Assembly (NCBI RefSeq): GCF_011745625.1
Contig: NW_027191485.1
Coordinates: 1 to 64,000, forward strand
DNA: 64,000 nt
Direction of reading: 5' to 3'
From: Cladosporium halotolerans
Lineage: Eukaryota
Shown: piece by piece, positions 1 through 10,880 of the stretch
Layout of the letters: every line of letters starts with the position of its first letter
Position numbering within the stretch: position 1 is the stretch's first letter
Program-made: the position numbers and the translations under genes
Notes under the pieces: generated by a model
The model's database searches: none
Told to the model about the DNA's origin: nothing
What the model saw: the letters and a program-made list of their open reading frames with translations, nothing else

Positions 1-234
1 GGGCGGGTTGGTGATTATGCGCGAGACGGAGTTGTCTGTTAGGCGGGAGTGGGCGCCGGGCGTGGCGGTTAGGGGTGGGGAGATGGTTTGAGGGCATTGG
101 TTTTGCGAGGCGTTTGGGTGTTTGACGGCTTTGAAGCGAGGCGTTTGGTCGCTGGCATGGCGCGGCGTGGTGTATACTTACTTACAGCGACGGAGGCTGG
201 GGTGTTGCTGGTGATTTGCGAATCGATTGAGCAT
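1..234 (-). CDS. Possible 5' end of a gene running off the left edge (exon 234-186, intron 185-36)
   Basis: ATG at 234-232, GTAAGT donor at 185, CTAAC branch and CAG acceptor ending at 36; spliced product MLNRFANHQQHPSLRRYNSVSRIITNPP. Family not recognised. Confidence 0.3.
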
Positions 235-989
235 GTTGGCGTTTTCCTTGTCTTTCTTTCACTCAAACGAAGATTGCAGCAAGCGAAGAGCTTTACAGAC
301 TGACAGAGGGCTTGCGCCCGCCATGTTTATGATAGCATAGCGAACAGCTCAAATGTCATGCGCATAATTCACAACACTTAGGGCCAAATAGTCGTGAGAG
401 CTTACCGAAACAAACAAGTAAAAAAAAAAAAAAGGAAAGCAAAATACCGACTTGAACGCGTCGTTACGCTACGCAATGCTACTTTCCCAATATTAAGCAT
501 GCCATGTATCGAAACTTCCCACCAGCGCCTAGGCTGGTTTTTTCCCATGTTACAATTGCCAAGGAAAAAAGAAAGAGAAGTGGCCAGAAGCAGCCATGCC
601 GCGCCGGAAAAAAGTTTCAATTGCTCATGCTCCGGGATTTTTGCTAAGCTCAACGCCAATAAGCCCCGTCAGAAACCGCTGCTGGATCTCTGTTCTGAGC
701 CGGCCCCATGAGGGCGGGTGGTAAGGAGTGGTTTGCGCTCGTTTGGGCGGAGGGAGTGGGCGGCGCTTGCTGGCGGGCTTCGTGTCAGGAGTCTGTGAGG
801 GATTCGGTTCGCATGCTTGGTTTTGCGTCGTGCGGTATGGAAAGCAAAGAGAGAGACTCTCGCTGACGCTTCGGAGCCTCATCACTCTTCATCCTCTGGC
901 GAGACGGAGAAAGAGGGCGAGGTGTTGACGACAGCAGGCGCTACACGATCAGGTCAGCCAACAGTTCATCTTTCAACATAGTCGGGATT

Positions 990-2343
990 TCAACGCCTAC
1001 CATCGAATCCGTCCGCCTTCGTGAAGGTCAACCCGTCCTCGCTCCTCTTCTCACTCGGCTTAATCCCATTCGGCGAAACGAGCACCGCGTTCGCCGCCCC
1101 CGCGCTCGACCAAACGCCATTGTTCGCCAGCACAGTCCCATCCCCGCGGGGCAACCCCTGCATGCGCACCCACTCCTTCATCAGCCCCGGGCTGCCCGCC
1201 AGCGTCGCGTTGGCCATGGCGTAGGCGACGATGCCCGTGACGTGGGGCGTCGCCATCGACGTCCCGGACAGCACGTTGACCATGTCCGGCTGCCCGATCC
1301 ACGCGCTGATGATGTCCTCGCCGGGCGCGTAGACGTCGACGCAGTCGCCCGTGTTGCTGAAGGAGGAGGTGTCGCCGTTGATGTCGACGCTGCCGANNNN
1401 NNNNNNCGACGACGATGGCGGGCCCGTGGGTCCCGCCCGCGGAGCCCGGAGAGCCGGCGCAGGCGTCGGTGCCGGCGTTGCCGGCCGCGACGACGACGTG
1501 CACGCCGGCTTGGATGGCGGCGTCGAGCGCTTGGTCGATGGCGGAGACGGGGCCGGAGGAGGCGAGCGACATGGAGAGCACGGAGCCTTTGAAGTCGGCG
1601 TTGGCGCGGCGGGATTCGTGCTGCTGGATGACTTTGTCGATGCCTGCGACGACGTTGGAGGACCAGCCTTCGGCGCCGTCGCCGGCGAGGGCGCGGACGC
1701 CGAAGATGTTGGCGCGGGAAGCCACGCCGAGGGTCTCGCCCGCGGCGGTGCCGGCGACGTGCGTGCCGTGGCCGTCGGCGACGGTGTCGTTGTTGTCGAA
1801 GGACCAGATCTGCTTGCCGCGCGACCCGAAGACGATGTGCTCGGCGTAGAGGCCCGTGTCGACGATGTAGATGTCAGAGCCGGCGCCGAGGTCGGAGTTG
1901 GCGAAGGAGTAGGTGTAGTCCATCTCGCGAGCGTCGTGGGCGGAGAAGGCGGCGGTGGAGATGCGGCTGAGGCCCCAGGGGGCGTGGCCGCGGGTGTCGA
2001 CGGCGGAGGCGGCGCGGCGCTGGTTGGGAATGGCGTAGGCGCTTTGTACAGAGGCGGTGCGCTCGACAATGGAGACGTCGGTCATGTTCGCGAGGAGGTC
2101 CAGGCAGTGGGATTTCATTGATGCGGCGAAGCCGCGGAAGGCGGAGTTCTTGAAGACATGGCGGACATCGGGGTGGTCTTCGGTGAGTTCAAGACGGGTG
2201 AGGACTTCATTGACCTCGGGAGGGATGGGCTCGTCGCGGTTGAAGATGACGATGTGCTCGAGACCGCCGGACTCGTGAGGTGCGGTCGCCGCGACGAAGG
2301 AAGTTGCGAAGGCGAGAGCCAGAGAGATGATGGATTTGACCAT
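990..2343 (-). CDS. Secreted subtilisin-like serine protease (S8, proteinase K type) with I9 prodomain
   Basis: Signal peptide MVKSIISLALAFATSFVAA; catalytic motifs IVDTG, HGTHVAG, AAGN and GTSMATPHV. The frame change coincides with the N-run at 1397-1406. Confidence 0.93.
1397..1406. other. Assembly gap (10 N)
   Basis: N characters in the sequence. Flanks encode AIVV and GSVD, which are adjacent in S8 proteases, so the true gap is about 0 or -3 nt. Confidence 0.95.
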
Positions 2344-3825
2344 GACGAAATGAAGGGATTGCGCAATTAATGCAGACTTTTTCTTAGCTGAAGCGAGGGT
2401 AAGGATTTCGTGCCTGCACGAGTGAGTGTTCAAACGAAGGTGATGTTGTGGTAAAGTGAGCGTAACAAAACACTGCGAGGCGTCGCTGACCCTCAACAGT
2501 CAAAGAAAGCGATGGTGAAGAAGGAAAGACAATAGGGTGACGGAGACAATGGGCAAAGAAGGTATGCAATGGCAAAGTTGGTGAGGAGAAAGGGTGGGGA
2601 TCAGGCTAGTCAAGATAGCTGGATTAGGTAAGGAGGCCTACATTACTTGGCCGCAGAACAGGCGGCATTCACGGGCCAGACTCTATATTGCCATGCAAGC
2701 CATGTTACCAAGCTGATACAGAGCTGGGACTGTGCAGAGAGGCCGAGCGACTGGGGTAGCCGGGAGCATGGGGCTGAGATCAGACATGTCGCCGGCAGCG
2801 GGCGAGCTAGCAGTTCTTTGGCCAGGGCCGCGCCTATGTGTGCGAAGTGGTGAGGTTCGTGCAGTGGGCGCGTGGGTGGAGACGGCGAACAGTCGAAGGC
2901 GATCACACAGGATGAAACATGTGGGTGTTCTTGGCTGAAACGTGCTGGCTTTGGCGAGGCGGGCGCGGCGTTTAGCGAGGGCGGTAGCGTATTGCGAAGC
3001 GGCGGCGTTGGAGCGGCTTGGGATAGGTTGGAGGAGGAGGCACGAGATGGCGCGAAGACAGGGACAGACCGTATGTGGCCACGCTCTATCACGTCACATG
3101 ACCGCAAATGCAAGCCCAGAAGCAAGTGAGGTCGAGGGCGGCTGCATTTGCCTTCGCGTAGCACGTGGTGGGGCGCGGTGTGGCTGAGCAGATCTGCCCA
3201 TCGGCAGTCGCTGCCCGTTGACCCACGCCGGCTATCGCTCGTGTGTGGTGCCTGAGGACACCGCGGCCCTTCTTCCGTTCGCCCGCGTGTCACAGTGCAA
3301 CATGGTGTCACTCAAATGCAGCGCTTGAGACGATGCAGATGGGCAGGAAAAATACGTTGATTGTCACGTGTCAATGAACAAATCTGTTGTCAGCAAAATA
3401 TGGCCGATGTCAACAGGTACCGCACAAAAAAGAGCAGCCGGGCCAGCGGAGAGGGGCGATCAGGGACCAGTCAGCGGGCGGCGATGTCACGCGTCTGGCC
3501 GCTCTCGAAGGCCGACTGCCATCTTCCACCAGCCCGACGCTCCACAAGCTTTCATCATGCGCCGCCTGCAGGAGAGGCCGCTGTGAATGCGAAGTAGTGC
3601 TAAGTACATGCTACACACCCACCCTCCACTCTCCCTCCGTCTCCTCTCCGCCCTCCCACACTTCTCCCTCCCTGCGACATCCTCCCCCGCTGTCCATCAC
3701 GCCTCCTCCGCAATCCCCACAATAATCTTGTTTGCTTCAACGGACCGTCTCTGCACGCAACCACTGCTTGAACAACCGCAACCGCACGCCTGCTCCACGC
3801 GCGCAACATTCACAACACTCCCACA

Positions 3826-5052
3826 ATGCATCTCCCTCCGACTCCCGAGCCGCGCGACCTCCTTCCACCCCTCCTCGCCTGTCTCCCAACAACCTTCGTT
3901 TCGCCGCGACCGCCGCCCGCACTCCTCCCTCTCCTCGCGCCTGTCCTCCGCCAACGAGCCAACTTCTTGGTCGCCGGCAACGCTTCCGAAGATGGCTGGA
4001 TCCGCCTCCTCAACTGGGATGCAACACGCGCAGCAAAACTCAGACCAGTCGTAGATCAACTCGAACTGGAGCCTCACCCCGTCTCTGGCGAAATCGAGTT
4101 GGACGACCTAGAATCGATCAAATACAGGAGACTAGACGACGAGACCCTGCAGTCGCGATTAGACGCGGCGCAGTTCGGCCTCGCGCCAATCTACGTCTGG
4201 GTTGAGAACGACGAACACGGCGGTACAGGACCAGGGTGGAAGCTCACGGAGCTAAGAGCACTGGAAGACGTCGAGGACGGCACAGCATGGTTCGACACGA
4301 TGGCGGAAGCAAACGACGCCTCGAACACCCGCTCGATCGCAGTCCCCAGCACCGCCGCTCCCACACAACCAAAATCCCAACAACAACAACAGCCCGCCTC
4401 CCAAGAAGACGCCGACGACGAATCAGACGACGACGCCTACTGGGCCGCCTACGACCAAACCCCCGGGCCCTCGCAAAAGCCCTCCCCCAAACCACCCACC
4501 ACCACTACCTCCTCCGCCCCCGAACCCCCCACAGCCAACGCCCGCGACCGCTCCCGCTCCGAACTCGAATACTTCGCCCGCTACGGCTCCGAAGTCCAGC
4601 CCGCCCTCGACGCCCACGACCCCGACGAAACCCACCCGGACCTCCTCGGCGCCAGCACCCTCCCCGGCAGCACCCAGCGGCCCTCCCAACCCACGCGGCC
4701 CTCCGACTCCGACCCCGACCCCCGCGCCCCCTGGGAAAAAGCCCTGCACCCCTACGGCCGCCCGCACGCGCACGACAGCGCCATCGCGACCAGCACGGAC
4801 CTCACGCACGCCATCCCCGCCCCGCGCCCCATCTCGCCGACCTCCTCGCACAGCTCCGTCGAGCAGCTCGAGTCGCGCGCCGCGGAGATGAGCGCGGCGG
4901 GCCACGCGGAGACGGCGGTCAGGCAGCACATCGCGTCGGAGGTCAAGAGTCTGTGGCGGCTGGCTAAAGGGGCGGGGATCGCGAGGGCGGAGTTTGAGCG
5001 CGTGGTGAGGTTGGAGGTCGAGTGTTTGGGGATTGTGGAGGGGGAGGAGTGA
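3826..5052 (+). CDS. Hypothetical fungal protein (408 aa)
   Basis: Long ATG ORF with C-biased codon usage; globular N-terminus (LLPPLLACLP...YRRLDDETLQSR), acidic/Pro-rich linker, helical C-terminus (HIASEVKSLWRLAK). Confidence 0.8.
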   Translation: MHLPPTPEPRDLLPPLLACLPTTFVSPRPPPALLPLLAPVLRQRANFLVAGNASEDGWIRLLNWDATRAAKLRPVVDQLELEPHPVSGEIELDDLESIKYRRLDDETLQSRLDAAQFGLAPIYVWVENDEHGGTGPGWKLTELRALEDVEDGTAWFDTMAEANDASNTRSIAVPSTAAPTQPKSQQQQQPASQEDADDESDDDAYWAAYDQTPGPSQKPSPKPPTTTTSSAPEPPTANARDRSRSELEYFARYGSEVQPALDAHDPDETHPDLLGASTLPGSTQRPSQPTRPSDSDPDPRAPWEKALHPYGRPHAHDSAIATSTDLTHAIPAPRPISPTSSHSSVEQLESRAAEMSAAGHAETAVRQHIASEVKSLWRLAKGAGIARAEFERVVRLEVECLGIVEGEE

Positions 5053-5885
5053 GTTGTGTTGAGGGAGTTGAGTGTGCTTGTGGGTTTTGGTTTTTTTTTT
5101 TTTGGCATGAGCGGGATTGGGTATTGCATTGTCCGTCCCTGATGGGTTCGGAAGGGCGAGGCGTTTGGCGTGGGTTGTGGACGGGCTTTTTTTTTTTTCT
5201 ACCGACCTTGGGCTCTTTCTTTGTTTTTTGTTTTGTTTTTATCTTGCCTAACATGTTGCGTTGCATGCGCATATCCGGCTGGAGCATCGCATGAAGCGGG
5301 CGCTTCTGATTTTGATCGGATTACCTATTCCCGAGCGGAAGGCAGAATGATGAGCCGTGGCATGGGAGATTGAAGCGTGCAGATTTTCTTGTTTTTGTTT
5401 CCCTTTGAGGAAGGTGATGGATTGTTGCGGGATGATCGATGGCCTTGAAGTAGGATCGGGGTTCAGAGAGCTCGAAGTATGAATATCAAACCAAGTCTTT
5501 CGATCAACATGTTCATTGTTTATTTCTTTCCCTGGATGAGATCACGCGAATCGTCATGTTCGGCCTCTCGTCGAACACGCACTGTAAGACCCTTTCGTTT
5601 CTCGGATGTGCAAGACTGGAATCGATTCTGTAGCAAAGAGAAGCTTCCTATGGACGTTGCTAGAGCTGCTCCACTCGTGCTTGCGTCCTCCAATTACCCT
5701 ACCCTGTCCGTCAACGCCGATGATCCTTGTAGCCCGCCCTCTGTCCCTGCCCAATTACTTTCATGCATGTTGCCGTGGATGGATGCTCGTGGTATCATTT
5801 CCCCACCCCAACGCCGAAACCCAACAAAGAGAAAAGAAGAAGCAGCAAAGAAAGCCAAACCCCCATCACCCTCACAGCCAACGCC

Positions 5886-7355
5886 TTAAAACTCACTGCT
5901 CTCCTGCGCACTCCTCCTCAGCCTCCGGCGATAAATCTTCCTCCCCCCCTCGTCCCCCCACAACAACGCCGCCGCCTCCGGATTCACCGCCGCGCGGGGC
6001 TCGAACTTGGGCTCCGCGTCCTCGATCGCGCCCATGATCGCCGCGACGTGGCTCGCGATCTCGTCCGGCTTGGCCGGGAAATACGCCAGAGCGCCTGTGG
6101 TGGCGCTCACGCGCGCGTGGAAGATGGGCGTCTCGACGTAGACGCGGGGCCAGGCGGCGGGGAAGTTGGGCGGGATCGTGAGGGCGATGTTGAAGACGCC
6201 GGCGTCGAGGTTTGTGCTCGGCGCGCCGAAGAGGGTCAGGCGCCAGGCGAAGGGGTTGGTTTTGTCCGGGAGGGAGAGGTCGAGGCGCGCGCCGCCGGAG
6301 GAGGAGCCGGGCTGGGAGTAGTGGTGCTGGAGCTGGGTGAATTGGAAGGCGAGCTGGGTTGCTAGCTGGGTTTGGGCGGCGACTTGGGCTGCGCCGGCGG
6401 TGGTCCAGGCGGTGCATTCGGCGGAGAGTGCGGCGCGGATGTCGTCGAGGCGCAGGCGGAGGTTCTCGTAGGCGTACGCGCCGGGCATGCCGTTTCCGCC
6501 GTATTCGAAGCTGGCGGTCGGGAAGGCGGTGCCGTCTTTTTGGCGCGGGCTGGCTTTGTCGATTGCTGCGATGTAGGAGTCGTAGTACCAGAGGAAGCGG
6601 CGGCAGAGGAGGTCGGCGAAGGGGTCCCAGGGGGCGGGGTTGAGGCGGTTGTAGGTCGCCATGGCGTCGTATTCGTAGAGGTCGGGATTTTCGTCGAGGT
6701 CGTCGATGTCGTCTTCGTTGGGGTCGTCGTTATCGTCATCCTTGGACGAGGGAGAGCCCGCGGTCGTTTCCTTGCGCTTGATTACAGGAGTCCAGGTTTT
6801 GGGTTGCTTGGCTTCGATTTTGAGAATCTTCTCCATGCGCTCGATCACTGAGATCCTCAAGGTTTCATGCTGGATCTTCCAAGCATATGCCTTCGCCTCC
6901 GGATGGACGAGCTTGAAGTCCTCGAAGCCAGGTTCGTTCTCCATCGGATTAGAGCTCATCAGGCTCTGAATGCTGAGGAGAACGCTCTCCAAGCCTTGAG
7001 CTGAGCTCCATTCCTCACCTTTCTCGCCGTGCCACGTTCCGAGGATGCTCAAACACACTTTGCCGGTGTTGTATATGTTAGGGCCAAAGCGTGTACGACC
7101 CGAGTTTGTTGTGATGCAGGTGACATGCGGCGATTTGATGGGGTAGTCTCTCGGGAACTTGAAGATAAACTCGAAGAAGCCAAACTCATAAGGTGTCTCA
7201 GGCGGACCGACTATGAGGGCGTGAAGTTGGCGGACGTCGTCGTCGCGACACGCCACGGCGAGCGAGAGGTCACTGCCATTCTGGATGTGAGCGATTTCTT
7301 TGGCTATACGCTTGATGGCGCCAGCGGTGTTAGCAGTATGGCTCGGTGGGGCCAT
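5886..7355 (-). CDS. Ubiquitin-conjugating enzyme, UBE2Z-like, with a second C-terminal UBC-fold domain
   Basis: GPPETPYEFGFFEF...FPRDYP...RFGPNIYNTGKVCLSILGTW (active Cys). C-terminal WRLTLFGAPSTNLDAGVFNIALTIPPNFP...PRV...TPIFH is a second UBC fold. ATG at 7355. Confidence 0.9.
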   Translation of the reverse strand: MAPPSHTANTAGAIKRIAKEIAHIQNGSDLSLAVACRDDDVRQLHALIVGPPETPYEFGFFEFIFKFPRDYPIKSPHVTCITTNSGRTRFGPNIYNTGKVCLSILGTWHGEKGEEWSSAQGLESVLLSIQSLMSSNPMENEPGFEDFKLVHPEAKAYAWKIQHETLRISVIERMEKILKIEAKQPKTWTPVIKRKETTAGSPSSKDDDNDDPNEDDIDDLDENPDLYEYDAMATYNRLNPAPWDPFADLLCRRFLWYYDSYIAAIDKASPRQKDGTAFPTASFEYGGNGMPGAYAYENLRLRLDDIRAALSAECTAWTTAGAAQVAAQTQLATQLAFQFTQLQHHYSQPGSSSGGARLDLSLPDKTNPFAWRLTLFGAPSTNLDAGVFNIALTIPPNFPAAWPRVYVETPIFHARVSATTGALAYFPAKPDEIASHVAAIMGAIEDAEPKFEPRAAVNPEAAALLWGDEGGRKIYRRRLRRSAQESSEF

Positions 7356-7688
7356 GGCTGACGGCTTGAAGCGCGAGAGAGGTTGGAGTGGCAGTGCGGT
7401 GTGTTGGGTCTCGGTGTTGCAGCACAGGCAAAAGCATTGCTTGGTCTTTCGTGTCGCCGTTCCTGCGGAGCGTTCCACCCGCCAGTGAAGTCCCCGGCGG
7501 GTCGCGGCAGGTGCGTTGGACGGACTGTTTGCCATTGATCTATCACATGCAAGGCAACGGCGCTCCCCGCGCGCTAGCCGCTCCACCTGGCATTGGGGCT
7601 CTCCAACAACGTGGGACCAAAAGCCACCTCCACCACAGCAACATTACCTTACTTTACATAGCCTCCGTTCAACACCCACACGGCCAAG

Positions 7689-8182
7689 ATGTATGTTTCT
7701 GTCCATCACCACTCCCAAAATCACCCTCTAACCTTTCTCTCAATAGGGTCGTCTTCGCCCTCCTAATAATCAACAAAGCCGGCGGCCTAATCTACAACCG
7801 CACCTTCTCGCCGGGCCTGCAAAACCTCACCTCCAACGACGCCCTCATCCTCGCCGGCACCTTCCATGGCATCCACGCCATCTCGCGCTCCATCAACCCC
7901 GCGCCGCAGCCCCCTCCGCAGCCCAACGCGCGCCGCCCGCCCACGACCGGCATCGAGAGCCTGGAGAGCAGCCACTTCCGCCTCACGTGCTTCCAGACGC
8001 CGACGGGCGTCAAGTTCCTGCTGTTCACGAGCCCGGAGCAGCCGAACACGGATGTCGTGGTGCGCAGGTGCTATGAGCTTTATGGGGATTTCGTGGTGAA
8101 GAATCCGTTTTACTCGATGGAGATGCCGATTAGGGTGGAGAAGTTTGAGAGGGCGCTGGCGGGGTATTTGGTGAGGCCTTGA
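7689..8182 (+). CDS. TRS23: TRAPP complex subunit Trs23 (sybindin family); intron 7691-7746
   Basis: Spliced MVVFALLIINKAGGLIY...SNDALILAGTFHGIHAI...FQTPTGVKF...YGDFVVKNPFYSMEMPIRVEKF. GTATGT donor, CTAAC branch, TAG acceptor. Confidence 0.92.
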
Positions 8183-9086
8183 GAGGGAAGAGACCTTTGC
8201 GGAAGGATATGATGCAGCTACGGGTCAGACTCGGGCGTCGCGAGAGTGTGTGAATCGTCGCGAGGTCGGCGACCTGCTCAGGGGCAAGCGGTCCGGCGGC
8301 GAAGTCAGGGCTATTTTGGCAGAGCAGAGGCTTCAACACGTCGGCGGCGTTGACGGTCGAGTGCTACTGCATGTCATGCACAGGTGGTATGCCAGCCAGG
8401 AATGGCAATGGCATAGAGGCCGCAAGATGAGGCCCTCTTCCTGGAGCCAATACGACACTCGCGTTGCCCGACGAGCGCAAGAAGAAGAAAGACGGAGCAC
8501 GAGGGCTAGACGCTGCCGTGTGATTCGGGACGTACAGGATTGTCACACATGGCTTGCAACTTTGAGGGATGGGTTGGCCGTTCCGTTGAGAGACGCTGCG
8601 CAGTACGTCGCACAGCTGAAGGAGAGGCGTGGCTTTCAAAGAGGCGTGGCAGATGCTCAGGCGCATACGCGCAGTCCTCTATTGAAACGAATCTTTACGA
8701 CTCGGATGCCCATGATCGACTCCGGTACGGAATTCAGATGCGTGCATTACCGGCCTGGTTCAAGTCCAGCGTGTCCATGTTCATGACATCGCAACTATAC
8801 TTCACGAACGGTCGAAAAGGCGCAAGAGGGTGCGTCAGAAGCTCAGGTGTCCGACCAAGATGCATTAGGTATGAACAAAGGAGAGATAGCTCGTAACGCG
8901 GCAGCGTGACGGTGCGCAAGCACGCAAGCAAGTAAAGAAATAAACAAGATCCTCCCTCATCTGATACCCATTCCCTTCCAGGCCCCAACGTCATAGTTCG
9001 TCCTCCCCATATGTCCAGCCGCAGCCGTGATAGTGGCATTCTGTGTCCCTGAAACCCTCCGCAGAGCAATTTCAAGCGAACGTGCT

Positions 9087-9442
9087 CTAACAGCAATCCT
9101 CGGCACACTCGCAGCAATCCGCACAGCACTCACACCCCTCCTCACAGACAAAGCAACAGCACAGCACCGCCAAGCACGACATCAGGCACCCGCGGTCCTT
9201 CTTCTCCTTTGGCGGCGGCTGCTGCGGCGGTGGCTGCTGGTAGCCCATCTGCTGCGGGGGGTAGCCGTATTGCTGGGGAGGAGGAGGGCCGTAGCCTTGG
9301 GGCGGGTATTGGCCTTGGGGAGGGCTGGGTGGGTGGTGTTAGTGATGGGTGACGGAGGGTGGGATTGTCAGAGGGGATGCGCTTACCCGTAGGATTGTTG
9401 CGGGTATTGAGGACCGCCGCCGTAGTAGCCTTGGTTGGACAT
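9087..9442 (-). CDS. CYSTM-type cysteine-rich tail-anchored protein; intron 9325-9386
   Basis: Spliced MSNQGYYGGGPQYPQQSYGPPQGQYPPQGY...KEKKDRGCLMSCLAVLCCCFVCEEGCECCADCCECAEDCC*: P/Q/G/Y-rich N-terminus plus Cys-rich hydrophobic tail. Confidence 0.85.
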
Positions 9443-10880
9443 TTTGGGTGCTTTGCGCGGGCGTGTATTTGGGTTGGTGGTTGAGAGAGGTTGTGCGCCT
9501 GGTGATGGGACTCGGTTAGGGCTGGTGGGCTGGAGCTTGCTGGAGCTGTGTCGCTTACTTGTTGCTGCGCTTTCGAGGTTTGCTTCAGGATGCGCGACGA
9601 TGGCGACTGAGGCGAGCGAGTGAGGCGAGTGGCGGCGCAAGGATGATGATGCGAGGACAAGGCTGAGGGCGGGAAGAAGCAAGTGCAGGCGCAGGTGGAT
9701 GCGGCAATGTGACGCTCAGATCACAGGGCTGATGGGCTGATGGAGAAGGGTGCGCGGCAGGGTGGTCTTGGTAAAAGCTTGTCCTGCAGGGCTGAGAGGT
9801 GAGGAAGGGGAGAGGCTCGATGGGAAGGATGGAGCAGGACTGGGCGGTGCCAGGTGATATACATCGCCGTCAGCCATCGCGACACACGATGCTTCGCCTG
9901 ATATATGCCGCATTCTTTCAGGACAGCATTACGACGGCCGCTGAGCCACCAGACGAGCTGGGGATGGCCGTGGCTGCGCAGGAGGCCAATCCAGCCTTGC
10001 GGGGCCGCGCGGTTCGGTCGGCACGTCAAGTCCGCAGCCCGCCCGCCTCTCGTATGCGCAGCCAATCGGCGTTTCTGTTCCAAGCTCGGCTTCGACGCGT
10101 CGTCAAGACGCGATTTGGCCATCCGCGCTGTCGACCAAAAACCCGGGGGCAATCGTACCCTTCACTTACCATTGCCGTATGTGGCTAGGGTAGACGAGCT
10201 CGCGGATCTAACATGATGAATCACTTCACGTTTCCCGTCGGTGCCCCTGCGATGCCAGCAAGCACGGATGAAAAGTCCCTTTGAAGCTGTAAACGTCTCC
10301 AGACGACAAAGAAGATGATACTTTCAATTACCGTACATGTCACGTCATTGTTTTGCGAAGTCTCTGACCAATGCATTCGAAACCAGGGACTGCCTCATGT
10401 TCTACCTAATGAAGACTCGGGAGTTGCCTGTCAGCAGGATTCTCATCATTCGCAGGCCTCTGAAAGTGTCTTGGATCGATTGACCACGAGTACCGCACGT
10501 TCGAATTGCAACTGAAAAACTGCCTCGTGATCCGCCCATTTCATCTCGAACGATCGGTCGACTGGCTGTTCGAGGGCGAAGAACTATTCAGAACCCCCAA
10601 GGCACACTTGATGTCTCTGCTTCAGGCTCGCAGGGAGAAGACCTACTACCAGAATCTCTTCTACATCCAACAGCGTGCGTCCCCGCTCGAGAGATTCCCG
10701 CGTTTCCGTAGCTTTCGACTACGCCTTGATGTATGGCTCCATTTCGCGGGCAAATACATCCCGCTAGAAGCATGTTCGGACTGAGCTGATGAATTCGCTG
10801 ATCTTCTTTTGTTTTGACTATGATGCTTACACATGGCTCAATACCTAGCCTTACCACCACATCTGATCAACACGACACAC

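Noticed and set aside
1397..1406. Apparent frameshift/pseudogene in the subtilisin gene
   Set aside because: It coincides exactly with a 10-N scaffold gap, and removing the gap restores AIV(V)VGSVD in frame; assembly artefact.
10315..10860. Short ORFs between the CYSTM gene and PEX6
   Set aside because: No recognisable family, weak codon bias and mostly non-ATG starts; a decayed gene cannot be excluded but is unsupported.
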